Assembly (NCBI GenBank): GCA_965216755.1
Contig: CBDCGL010000011.1
Location: 4,416,001 to 4,480,000, forward strand
Length of the DNA: 64,000 nt
Reading direction: 5' to 3'
DNA from: Alphaproteobacteria bacterium
Lineage (GTDB): Bacteria; Pseudomonadota; Alphaproteobacteria; UBA7887
Under the pieces are notes generated by a model, which saw only the letters and a list, made by a program, of their open reading frames with translations, made no database searches and was not told the DNA's origin. Positions 40,263 to 48,532 of the stretch are shown piece by piece (position 1 is the first letter of the stretch; each line of letters begins with the position of its first letter). The position numbers were made by a program, and so were the translations under genes.

Positions 40263-43256
40263 TTAACCGACAGCGCCCATGATGTGGGTCAGTCCGGTCG
40301 ACACCCGGCGCACAAGATCATAAAGCCGGTACAGCGGCACGAACAATTCACGATGTTCCTTGTCGTAGCCCTGTTCGACATCGGTGCGATAGGTCGCCGG
40401 CTCACCGAAGGCATCGCCGGCAACCGGTTCGACCGCGGCCGGGAAGGCGCGGCGCAGAACCTCTAGTGCACGATCGACATCAAGCTGCAACAAGTCGGTG
40501 ACCACATCATGGGTGGTGGCGTCGGGTTGGCTTGAAAACCGAGGAATGCGGACGGCCAACAGGAATATTTCCTGGACGAGCGCGATACGTAACGCGTGCA
40601 GCAAAGCCAAATCGGCACGACAGGCTTCTACGATCGATGGCAGAGTCTTGGCAGCGTTGATGGCGTCGAAGCCCGCGCGCAAGTCAATCATGTCGGCAAA
40701 GAATGTGCGCATGACGCGATTGAGGCACTCATGACGCTGCGTTTCCTCCAAGAGCCGTGCCAACCGACGCATTTCTTGGGCGCGGCGCGGCTCGTCGGTG
40801 GTGAAGGCGCGCCGTAGCCAAGATACCGGGTTGAGCAGGGCGACATAGGCGCCCAATACGTCGAGGCTACTTAGCCGCTCCGCATGACGGACCAAGGACA
40901 TGATCCGTCGGCAACGGTCTGAGCCTTGATGGACCTCAACAAACCGATCCAGGTCGCGCGCGATCGCACGGCCAACGCCGCCGATACTGTTCGCCAGTAG
41001 TCCCGATTGCTGCAAAATCGAATTGTGTGGAATTGCCCGCATTTGCGTCGGATGGGCGTGGTCGATTCCGGCGATGGAATCGTGCTGGCGCCGCACCCGG
41101 CGTGATCCGGTCGGATACAAAAGATTGGTGCCAAAGGCATTCAACAAGACAGCATAGTCCGGATCGTCCATCATCCGTTCGTTGAACGTTTTGGCGGTAA
41201 TAAAGAACTCCAGCGAATAGTCGGTGTCGCGATAGAAAACATCATCGTGCGCGCCAGGCGGTGCCGCGCTCAGTCCATGTTCAAGCAAGCGACATACGGT
41301 TGCAAAGGCGATCGTGGGTGTCGTGAAATAGACATAGCCATCTCCGCCCTGAAAGCTGAGTTCCTGTTTGACGGGCAGCTTGTCGTGGGCGAATTGTGCG
41401 CGGCTGGCCGGCGTGGCGACGTAGTCGAGGCGGTCACGAAACGAAACCGGATGGGCGCCTCGACCGATCGACTCACCGTGGGTGTCAAAAATCACCAACT
41501 CGATCGATTGCCCATCGGCGGCGCGGATGTCGGCTTGCGTCAGTGCCCGGCCTACTTTGATACGTAACCGTTCAATGGCTAACGAAGCCGCAATTTGGCC
41601 CGACATGCGCCCAGCATCGGAAAAGCCGGTTTGAATCGCGATGCGGCCGCGCTGTTGCACATAGGCCCGATAATGTGGGTTGCCGAGCAGTTCGGCGACA
41701 ATGTCATGACCATGTTCCAGTGCGCGCGGCGTTTCAAATAGTGGCGAAATGTCGATGCGATCTTCAATGCCAAACAGCTTGGCAAAATAGAGCGCCGCCA
41801 GCGGCACAAAGGCGGAATCGGTTTCGGCGATCAGAAAACGAATTGGAGTCTCCGAATCGGCGAATTTCAACATTTGTGCGACCAGCATGAACAGACGCTT
41901 GGCCGACGTGCGTTCGGTCATCACCGAGCCGAAATTGATGGTCTGGGGCTGCACGCCGTCAAGCAGCTCGTTGAGGTGGCGCAGGTCACGGCGCCGACTG
42001 CCTGGGTCGTCGGGTGTCGTGTCGACGGGCATGTGGCGGCGCACCGCGTTTTCAATTTGAGTGGCGTTCAGGCGGACGTGGGTGTGCGCGACGCCGATGC
42101 CGTATATGGTCATTTCCGCGCGCAACACAGCCAACCGGCGTTGATGGCTGTGCGGCGGATTGAGGCTGATCACGCGTGACAGTAACGCCGTGAGCTCATG
42201 GGCGTTGATCAACCGGGAGTCGCTGTTTTCCGCCATTTGCCGCGCGAAGGCCTGAACCTCTTCTGGATCGTCGGCGTCGTCGGGCAGGGCGGCAATGTCT
42301 TCCTCCACGATCCGCAGGGCCAGAACCAGGCGGCTCTCGATCAGCTTCAGGTTGGGGCTGATATCCGCATCAAGTGCGTCATCGCCGTCCATGCTGGCAA
42401 TGATTGTGCGCACTTCGCCGAGAAAATGTTGATGTTGCAGGACGGCGACACGAAGCCGTGCGCGCAAGGTGTCGGTCCAGCGAATATCGGCGCGTCCGTC
42501 CAGGTCATAGCCGACCCAACTGGCGACGGTAAGCGGTGCCGGAACGAGGTCAGTCCACGTGTCCGGATAGGCGTCGGCCGCGACGCCAAACAACACGTCC
42601 AATGCGCGGCGCACCGCATCTTGAATATTGGCTATGGCACGTAGCGCGAAGTCTTGTTCAGTCGCTAAGTCGAGCGGTGCGCGGCGGCCGTGCCGGCGCG
42701 CCGCAGTCCGCGCCAGAATCGCATCACGGTCGGAGTCGTTCAGGGCTTTACCCTTTACGTCAGAGTCGGTGGCTAGCTGGACCAAGTCCTCCGTCAGGCC
42801 TTCCGACATGCCGAAAGTCGGATGTGCCGTGATCACGATTCCCAAGGCGGCTCGCGAGGCTTGCCGTGCAAATTGTTGAAACGACAAAGATTTCCCTTTG
42901 CCGTCACGCGTCAAGCCTTCAAACAACTTTTGTAGTTGTCGGGTGTTGTGGGTCAGCCGGGTCTCGCCGAGATAGGCACCTAATCGTGTCGCCCGAAACC
43001 GAAAGGCACGCAGGTTGAGCAGGCGAACCAGGCCATCAAGGTCGTCGAGACTGACCGCGCCGGTTTCGAATCGCCGTGAAATATCTAGCGCCAGCCGCTC
43101 TACGGGGTTCTGATAGGGATTGTCAGCCGCCTCAGCGTGATAATCGTCAAGGGCGGTGCTGAGCGCGGTTCGCAACGTTTCAGCCGGGGCTGTGTCGGCG
43201 CGATCCTGTTTGGTCTTGTTCGATGGTTTCCGGGAGGTCGGGCTTTTCGCGGGCAT
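40263..43256 (-). CDS. ppc: Phosphoenolpyruvate carboxylase-family protein (divergent type)
   Basis: ITAHPTF, SWVGYDLDG, ISPLFET, GFSD, SIGRG, RAIP, C-terminal G; RBS AAGGAAAGG. Confidence 0.8.
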   Translation of the reverse strand: MPAKSPTSRKPSNKTKQDRADTAPAETLRTALSTALDDYHAEAADNPYQNPVERLALDISRRFETGAVSLDDLDGLVRLLNLRAFRFRATRLGAYLGETRLTHNTRQLQKLFEGLTRDGKGKSLSFQQFARQASRAALGIVITAHPTFGMSEGLTEDLVQLATDSDVKGKALNDSDRDAILARTAARRHGRRAPLDLATEQDFALRAIANIQDAVRRALDVLFGVAADAYPDTWTDLVPAPLTVASWVGYDLDGRADIRWTDTLRARLRVAVLQHQHFLGEVRTIIASMDGDDALDADISPNLKLIESRLVLALRIVEEDIAALPDDADDPEEVQAFARQMAENSDSRLINAHELTALLSRVISLNPPHSHQRRLAVLRAEMTIYGIGVAHTHVRLNATQIENAVRRHMPVDTTPDDPGSRRRDLRHLNELLDGVQPQTINFGSVMTERTSAKRLFMLVAQMLKFADSETPIRFLIAETDSAFVPLAALYFAKLFGIEDRIDISPLFETPRALEHGHDIVAELLGNPHYRAYVQQRGRIAIQTGFSDAGRMSGQIAASLAIERLRIKVGRALTQADIRAADGQSIELVIFDTHGESIGRGAHPVSFRDRLDYVATPASRAQFAHDKLPVKQELSFQGGDGYVYFTTPTIAFATVCRLLEHGLSAAPPGAHDDVFYRDTDYSLEFFITAKTFNERMMDDPDYAVLLNAFGTNLLYPTGSRRVRRQHDSIAGIDHAHPTQMRAIPHNSILQQSGLLANSIGGVGRAIARDLDRFVEVHQGSDRCRRIMSLVRHAERLSSLDVLGAYVALLNPVSWLRRAFTTDEPRRAQEMRRLARLLEETQRHECLNRVMRTFFADMIDLRAGFDAINAAKTLPSIVEACRADLALLHALRIALVQEIFLLAVRIPRFSSQPDATTHDVVTDLLQLDVDRALEVLRRAFPAAVEPVAGDAFGEPATYRTDVEQGYDKEHRELFVPLYRLYDLVRRVSTGLTHIMGAVG

Positions 43257-43408
43257 CGCGCCTTTCCTTTTTGGCCGTGGCCACAACGATGAAGAAAGTC
43301 CGTCAGCGTCTGACGGTAGCATATGCTGCGACGCACAAAAGACCAAGGCCGTACGGACGCGGCGCGGCCCTCTTGACCGGCATGGGCCAGCTACGCTCAT
43401 ATGACACG

Positions 43409-43960
43409 ATGACAGACGAACCACAGATCCGCGATGTTCTCGACTTTTGGTTTTCGCCGGACGTCAAAGCGCAATGGTGGAAACCGGAAGAGGGGTTCGA
43501 CGACTTATGTCGCGAACATTTCGCCGCCCTTCATGGCCGGGCGGCTTCCGGCGCATTGGATGCCTGGGCCGAAACGGCGGACGGCGCTTTGGCGCTGGTG
43601 ATCCTGCTCGACCAGATTCCACGCAATATCCACCGCGGGACGCCGGGGGCTTTTGCCACCGACGCAAAGGCACGCATCGTCGCCGAGGCTGTCATCGACA
43701 AAGGCTTGCATGAATTGCAGCCGACCGGTCGCCGTGTCTTTTACTTTATGCCTTTCGAGCACAGCGAGGACTTGGCTGATCAAGAGCGTTCAGTGGCGCT
43801 GATGAAAACCCTCGGGGACGAGGGCTGGAACGGCTATGCCCAACAGCATCGCGATATCGTCGCCCGTTTCGGCCGTTTTCCCCATCGTAATGCGATCTTG
43901 GGGCGGGAAAGCACGCCGGAAGAGATCGAATTCCTGAAGCAGCCCGGCTCGTCGTTTTAG
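43409..43960 (+). CDS. DUF924 family protein
   Basis: VLDFWF, LALVILLDQ.PRN..R, FYFMPFEHSE, H..IV.RFGRFPHRNAILGREST.EE. Confidence 0.93.
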   Translation: MTDEPQIRDVLDFWFSPDVKAQWWKPEEGFDDLCREHFAALHGRAASGALDAWAETADGALALVILLDQIPRNIHRGTPGAFATDAKARIVAEAVIDKGLHELQPTGRRVFYFMPFEHSEDLADQERSVALMKTLGDEGWNGYAQQHRDIVARFGRFPHRNAILGRESTPEEIEFLKQPGSSF

Positions 43961-44160
43961 CGCGGATTGGCCGGGGGCGATGCTTCTGTGGCGCCAGATC
44001 CGCGCTGCAGCTCGAGCCATTTGCTGACCCCGACAGCACCACCAAACAGCACCAATACGGCCACGAACCCGACGACAAAGATCTTGGTGCGGCGATCGCC
44101 GGCATGGGCCGACGACCCGTCTTCGCGGTGTTTGGCGTCCGGCAGATGTGAACTTGCCAT
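43957..44160 (-). CDS. 67-aa single-TM microprotein homologous to the TM segment of the cyclase at 36983..38869
   Basis: RBS GAAGGGGG 5 nt before ATG 44160; 24/31 aa identical to the cyclase segment encoded at 37529-37621, with 11 synonymous codon differences. Confidence 0.7.
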   Translation of the reverse strand: MASSHLPDAKHREDGSSAHAGDRRTKIFVVGFVAVLVLFGGAVGVSKWLELQRGSGATEASPPANPR

Positions 44161-44269
44161 GCTGTCCCCCTTCGCGCGCTCATTATGGTGGCTTTGGCCC
44201 ACTGCGGCCAAGGCCAATTGTGGTCTGGCTGGGTGAGCGTGTATTGGGGGAAGGGAGTGGGTGTGGTTG

Positions 44270-44430
44270 GTAAATAAAAATACCGCCAATCAATGTAGTC
44301 AATAAGTTGGGATCGCAATATGTGATCACTATTACATATTTATATACAACTTTAATAAAATAACACTCCACTTTCCCTCAATTGTGTGACCACCATTACA
44401 TAAAACTTTATTGAATAATTACGCACCTTC
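44270..44430. promoter_or_regulatory. AT-rich divergent promoter region (microprotein / cpaF)
   Basis: Strongly AT-rich tract (ATTACATATTTATATACAACTTTAATAAAATAAC) in a GC-rich genome, between divergent genes. Confidence 0.5.
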
Positions 44431-44482
44431 CGCCAAATTACTTCTCGATTGCTGTTGGGTTTTTCGGAAGGGACTTCGCAAA

Positions 44483-46318
44483 ATGTTCGCTCTGCGCAAA
44501 AAGAATTTCGATGACAATCCGGGCCGTGACGCCGCCGTCAATGATCGCCTCAATCGCCTCGCCGAACGCGCCCATGCCGTTCAGGTCGCCCGCGCCGAAT
44601 TGGCCGCCAAAGCCCAGTCTCACGACACACACAATGTCGAGACCGCGCCCCACGCCAACATCTCTGGCGCCAACCCGGTCTCCATGCCGGCCCCAGAAGC
44701 GCCGGTCGCCGATCACACCCCGGCCGTAGACGCCGCGCCCGCGCCCGCCACCGTCTCCCTCGCCGAGGCCGAGGATCTTGAAGTTCGCGCCGCCATGCTC
44801 GCCCAGGAGCGCGATCTCATGGCCCAGGTCATGGCCGTCGCCGACAGCTCGGTCACAGGTCCCGCACCTCAGGCCGCCGCACCGGCACCCGCCGCCGACA
44901 CGGCCCACAAGCCCCATCCGCGCCGCCGCGCCGCCGACCAGCTCGCCACCTTGGCCCCCAATGCCGAGGCCACAGGCGCCGACACCAGCACCAATCTGCC
45001 CGCCGTCGCCAATGCCGCCCCCGTAACCGCCGCCAAACCCCGCGCCAAGCGCATCTCACCCGTCGTCCAAGACCTCCAAGAGCGCGTCCAGCTCACCCTC
45101 ATGGAGCGCATCGACGCCGAGAAAGCCCTGACACTGGTGCGCGACGACCTGATCCGCCAGATCACAGATCTGGTCGCCGAGATCGTCGATGAAATGGGCG
45201 TCGTCCTCAACGGCTCCGAGCTCGACCAACTGGTCGACGTGCTGGTCGACGAAATGATCGGCTTGGGCCCGCTCGAGCCCTTGCTCGCCGACGAGGCCAT
45301 CACCGACATCATGGTCAATGGCTGCAACCGGGTTTACGTCGAACGTGGCGGCAAGCTCGAGCGCACCAATGTCAGCTTCCGCGATGACGAACAGCTGATG
45401 CAGATCGCCACCCGCATCGCCACCGCCATCGGCCGCCGCATCGACCGCTCACAGCCTTTGGTCGATGCCCGCCTCGTCGACGGCAGCCGCGTCAATATCA
45501 TCATTCCGCCGCTCGCCATCGACGGCCCATCGATCTCGATCCGTAAGTTCTCCCAGCACACCATCACCCTCGATCAGATGGCGTCGCAGGGCAATATCTC
45601 CCCGGCCATGGCCGTGGTCTTGAAAATCGCCGCCCGCTCGCGCCTCAACATCCTGATCTCAGGCGGTACCGGCTCCGGTAAAACCACCCTGCTCAACGCC
45701 ATGTCGCAGCTGATCGACAATGACGAGCGCATCGTCACCATCGAGGACGCCGCCGAATTGAAACTCCAGCAGGACCATACCGTGCGCTTGGAGACCCGGC
45801 CCGCCAATCTCGAAGGCCAGGGCGAGATCACCATGCAGGACTTGGTCAAAAATGCCCTGCGTATGCGCCCCGACCGGATCATCCTGGGTGAGACCCGTGG
45901 CGGCGAGGCGATCGACATGCTGCAGGCCATGAACACAGGCCATGACGGCTCCTTGTCGACCATCCACGCCAACCGCCCGCGCGAGGCCTTGACCCGGCTC
46001 GAGAACATGGTCGCCATGGCCGGCCTCAATCTGCCCTCGCGCGCCGTGCGCACCCAGATCACCGAGGCCATCGACTTGATCGTGCAGGTCCAGCGCATGC
46101 GCGACGGTGTCCGCCGCGTAACCTCGATCCTGGAGATCGTCGGCATGGAAGGCGACATCATCACCGCCCAGGAGCTGTTCAAGTTCGAATATGACGGTGA
46201 CGATGAATCGGGCCGTATCACCGGCAACTTCGTCGCCTCCGGCCTGCAACCCAAGTTCCTCGAAAAGGCCCGCTATTTCGGCCTCGATCGGGCCCTGCAG
46301 GACGCCATGGGCGTCTAG
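44483..46318 (+). CDS. cpaF: CpaF/TadA pilus-assembly ATPase with long Ala/Pro-rich N-terminal extension
   Basis: GLGPLEPLL.D..ITDIMVNG, DARL.DGSRVN, ISIRKF, Walker A GGTGSGKTT, TIEDAAEL, ALRMRPDRIILGE, AMNTGHDGS..TIHAN. Confidence 0.93.
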   Translation: MFALRKKNFDDNPGRDAAVNDRLNRLAERAHAVQVARAELAAKAQSHDTHNVETAPHANISGANPVSMPAPEAPVADHTPAVDAAPAPATVSLAEAEDLEVRAAMLAQERDLMAQVMAVADSSVTGPAPQAAAPAPAADTAHKPHPRRRAADQLATLAPNAEATGADTSTNLPAVANAAPVTAAKPRAKRISPVVQDLQERVQLTLMERIDAEKALTLVRDDLIRQITDLVAEIVDEMGVVLNGSELDQLVDVLVDEMIGLGPLEPLLADEAITDIMVNGCNRVYVERGGKLERTNVSFRDDEQLMQIATRIATAIGRRIDRSQPLVDARLVDGSRVNIIIPPLAIDGPSISIRKFSQHTITLDQMASQGNISPAMAVVLKIAARSRLNILISGGTGSGKTTLLNAMSQLIDNDERIVTIEDAAELKLQQDHTVRLETRPANLEGQGEITMQDLVKNALRMRPDRIILGETRGGEAIDMLQAMNTGHDGSLSTIHANRPREALTRLENMVAMAGLNLPSRAVRTQITEAIDLIVQVQRMRDGVRRVTSILEIVGMEGDIITAQELFKFEYDGDDESGRITGNFVASGLQPKFLEKARYFGLDRALQDAMGV

Positions 46319-46449
46319 CCGCCACACCCAAACCGCAGCACACAATCGCAAGGATTACCGCGCAGCCGATAACCAAAAACAACCCTTATCCCCGACGTTC
46401 GGCAACCCCTCAGCACCACGTCCCTTCCCATACCGTTCGTCGGGACCTC

Positions 46450-46490
46450 GCCCCGTTCCCCCTAGCAATCAGGGAACGGGGCTTTTCTTT
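46450..46490 (+). terminator. Rho-independent terminator after cpaF
   Basis: GCCCCGTTCCC / GGGAACGGGGC stem followed by TTTTCTTT. Confidence 0.85.
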
Positions 46491-46523
46491 CACAGCACCC
46501 GCCGATAACACCTTCCGTATTAA

Positions 46524-46605
46524 GGTGACAGTTTACTAAATATACGAAATATGGTGCTCGAAATACCAATCACACCGTATATCGTATATTTAGTAAACTG
46601 TCACC
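46524..46605. repeat. Perfect 24-bp inverted repeat element (REP/REPIN- or MITE-like)
   Basis: GGTGACAGTTTACTAAATATACGA (46524-46547) and its exact reverse complement (46582-46605), 34-nt spacer partly paired, AT-rich. Confidence 0.85.
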
Positions 46606-46612
46606 GGAATGC

Positions 46613-47443
46613 TTATAGGGTTGGGCCGGGTTCCACCAAGCCGTGGCGGGTGAGTTCCGTAACCAAATACTCAAACGCGTCGTCGACCGAATCGGTGCGA
46701 TGAAAAATATCCAAATCGGCCGGGTCGATCGTGCCGTAGCGGGCGAGGGCGTCGAAGTTGATGACCGAGTCCCAATATTCGGTGCCGAACAAAATGGTCG
46801 GCAACGGTTTCTTGATTTTGCCGGTTTGGATCAGCGTGAGCAGCTCGAAGATCTCGTCCAAGGTACCGAAGCCCCCGGGCATGACCACCACGGCCTTGGC
46901 AAGATAATTGAACCAGTATTTGCGCATGAAGAAATAGTGGAACTCCAATGCCAATTGGCGCGTGATATATTCATTAGGAAACTCATTGGTGTCGATCGAT
47001 ATTGTCAGTCCGACATTTAACCCCTTGGCCTCGGACGCGCCGCGGTTGGCCGCTTCCATGATGCCCGGGCCGCCGCCGGTACAAATCACAAAACGTCGGT
47101 TGTTGCCTTTCAATTCCTTCGACCATTCGGTCAACCGTCGCGCCAGCTCGCGCGCATCTTCGTAATAGCGCGCCATGGTCACGTCCATGCGGGCCTTTTC
47201 GACATCGCCGCCGTTGGCTTCGGCGTCTTTAAGCGCTGCCGTGGCGACATCCACAGGCAGGGTGCGGGCCGAGCCTTGAAATACGATCGTGTCGGCGATT
47301 TGTTGGTCGCGAAACCGCGCTTCGGGCTCCAGATATTCGGCCAGAATACGCAGCGGCCGCGCGTCGCGGCTATTGATGAAGTCTTCATTGCGATAGGCCT
47401 TGATCGGGCGTACGACACCGTTCGGAAACGTCTCGTCATCCAT
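46613..47443 (-). CDS. LOG family protein (TIGR00730 Rossmann fold)
   Basis: GSAR, TGGGPGIMEAANRGA, FHYFFMRK, PGGFGTLDE. Confidence 0.93.
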   Translation of the reverse strand: MDDETFPNGVVRPIKAYRNEDFINSRDARPLRILAEYLEPEARFRDQQIADTIVFQGSARTLPVDVATAALKDAEANGGDVEKARMDVTMARYYEDARELARRLTEWSKELKGNNRRFVICTGGGPGIMEAANRGASEAKGLNVGLTISIDTNEFPNEYITRQLALEFHYFFMRKYWFNYLAKAVVVMPGGFGTLDEIFELLTLIQTGKIKKPLPTILFGTEYWDSVINFDALARYGTIDPADLDIFHRTDSVDDAFEYLVTELTRHGLVEPGPTL

Positions 47444-47533
47444 GGCTCGCGTCCATTCTTCATTGCCGTCAGGTCAAGTGGGCGGGTGCCCCAAGCAGTG
47501 TTGCCGGCTTCCGGTTAAGCGACTGTAAATGGC

Positions 47534-48484
47534 TTAGCTTTGGGCGGCGGCGCGTTGTTCCTCGCGCAGGATCTCGAGGGCCATGCGCAATAGGCGTTTG
47601 GTCGACGCATCGGTCATGAAGCCGGCATGGGCGGTTAGCGTCACATTGGGCATGGCGGCCATCGGATGGTCGGCGGTCAATGGTTCACTCTGGAACACAT
47701 CCAAGCCCGCATGGCCGATGTGACCGGATCGCAGTGCGGCGCAAAGGGCCGCTTCATCGATCAGTCCACCTCGCGCGGTATTGATCAGCAACGCGCCGGA
47801 CCGCATGGTCGCAATGCGCCGCTGATCGAGAAAGCCTTGCGTCTCGTCCGTGAGCGCCAAATGCAAGGACACCACATCCGCGCCTGCCAGCAGGTCATCC
47901 AAGGGCACCGCTCGGCACGGCAACCCATCTGCGACGCCGCTGCGGTTCCATGCCAAGACGGTCATGCCGAGCGCGGCGCCGAGACGCACCATTTCACGGC
48001 CGATGCCACCTGTCCCAACCACTCCGAGGGTTTTGCCGGCAAGCTCCAGTCCGTCCAGGGTTTGCCAATGGCCTGTACGGAGATCGCGATCCATGGTGGC
48101 GACTTGGCGGGCGGCGGCGAACATCAACGCGACGGCATGCTCGGCTACGGTGCGATCGCCATAGCCACGTATTGTTCGCACGCGAATGTTTTGTCCATCC
48201 GCGGCCGCCAAGTCGACGTAGCTCGACGCGCCGGTTCCCATGAAGACGATCACGCGCAGCTGCGGCGCGGCCGCCAAGATCTCCGCGGTCAACATGGTAT
48301 GGTCGAGCACGGCAAAGGTGCAGTCAGCGAGTAGCGCTTTGGCTTCCTTCGGCGTCGGGTCGCCGGTCAACAGCTCAAGTGACGGTGCGATGGCGCGCAG
48401 CTCGTCATCGTAAAAGCCGGCCATAAAGGGCGGGCAGTCGATAAATCGGGCGACGGGCTGGGCGCACATCGGTTGTCGGTCCAC
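47534..48484 (-). CDS. D-isomer-specific 2-hydroxyacid dehydrogenase family protein
   Basis: VAEHA, GVVGTGGIG, VSLHL, INTARG, GLDVF..EP, H.GF.T. Confidence 0.92.
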   Translation of the reverse strand: MDRQPMCAQPVARFIDCPPFMAGFYDDELRAIAPSLELLTGDPTPKEAKALLADCTFAVLDHTMLTAEILAAAPQLRVIVFMGTGASSYVDLAAADGQNIRVRTIRGYGDRTVAEHAVALMFAAARQVATMDRDLRTGHWQTLDGLELAGKTLGVVGTGGIGREMVRLGAALGMTVLAWNRSGVADGLPCRAVPLDDLLAGADVVSLHLALTDETQGFLDQRRIATMRSGALLINTARGGLIDEAALCAALRSGHIGHAGLDVFQSEPLTADHPMAAMPNVTLTAHAGFMTDASTKRLLRMALEILREEQRAAAQS

Positions 48485-48496
48485 TCCCTTGCAAGC

Positions 48497-48532
48497 CGCC
48501 TAGCTATCAACGGTCGCCTAGCTATCAACGGT
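48497..48532. repeat. Tandem 18-bp direct duplication spanning the korB stop codon
   Basis: CGCCTAGCTATCAACGGT x2 (48497-48514, 48515-48532). Confidence 0.9.
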
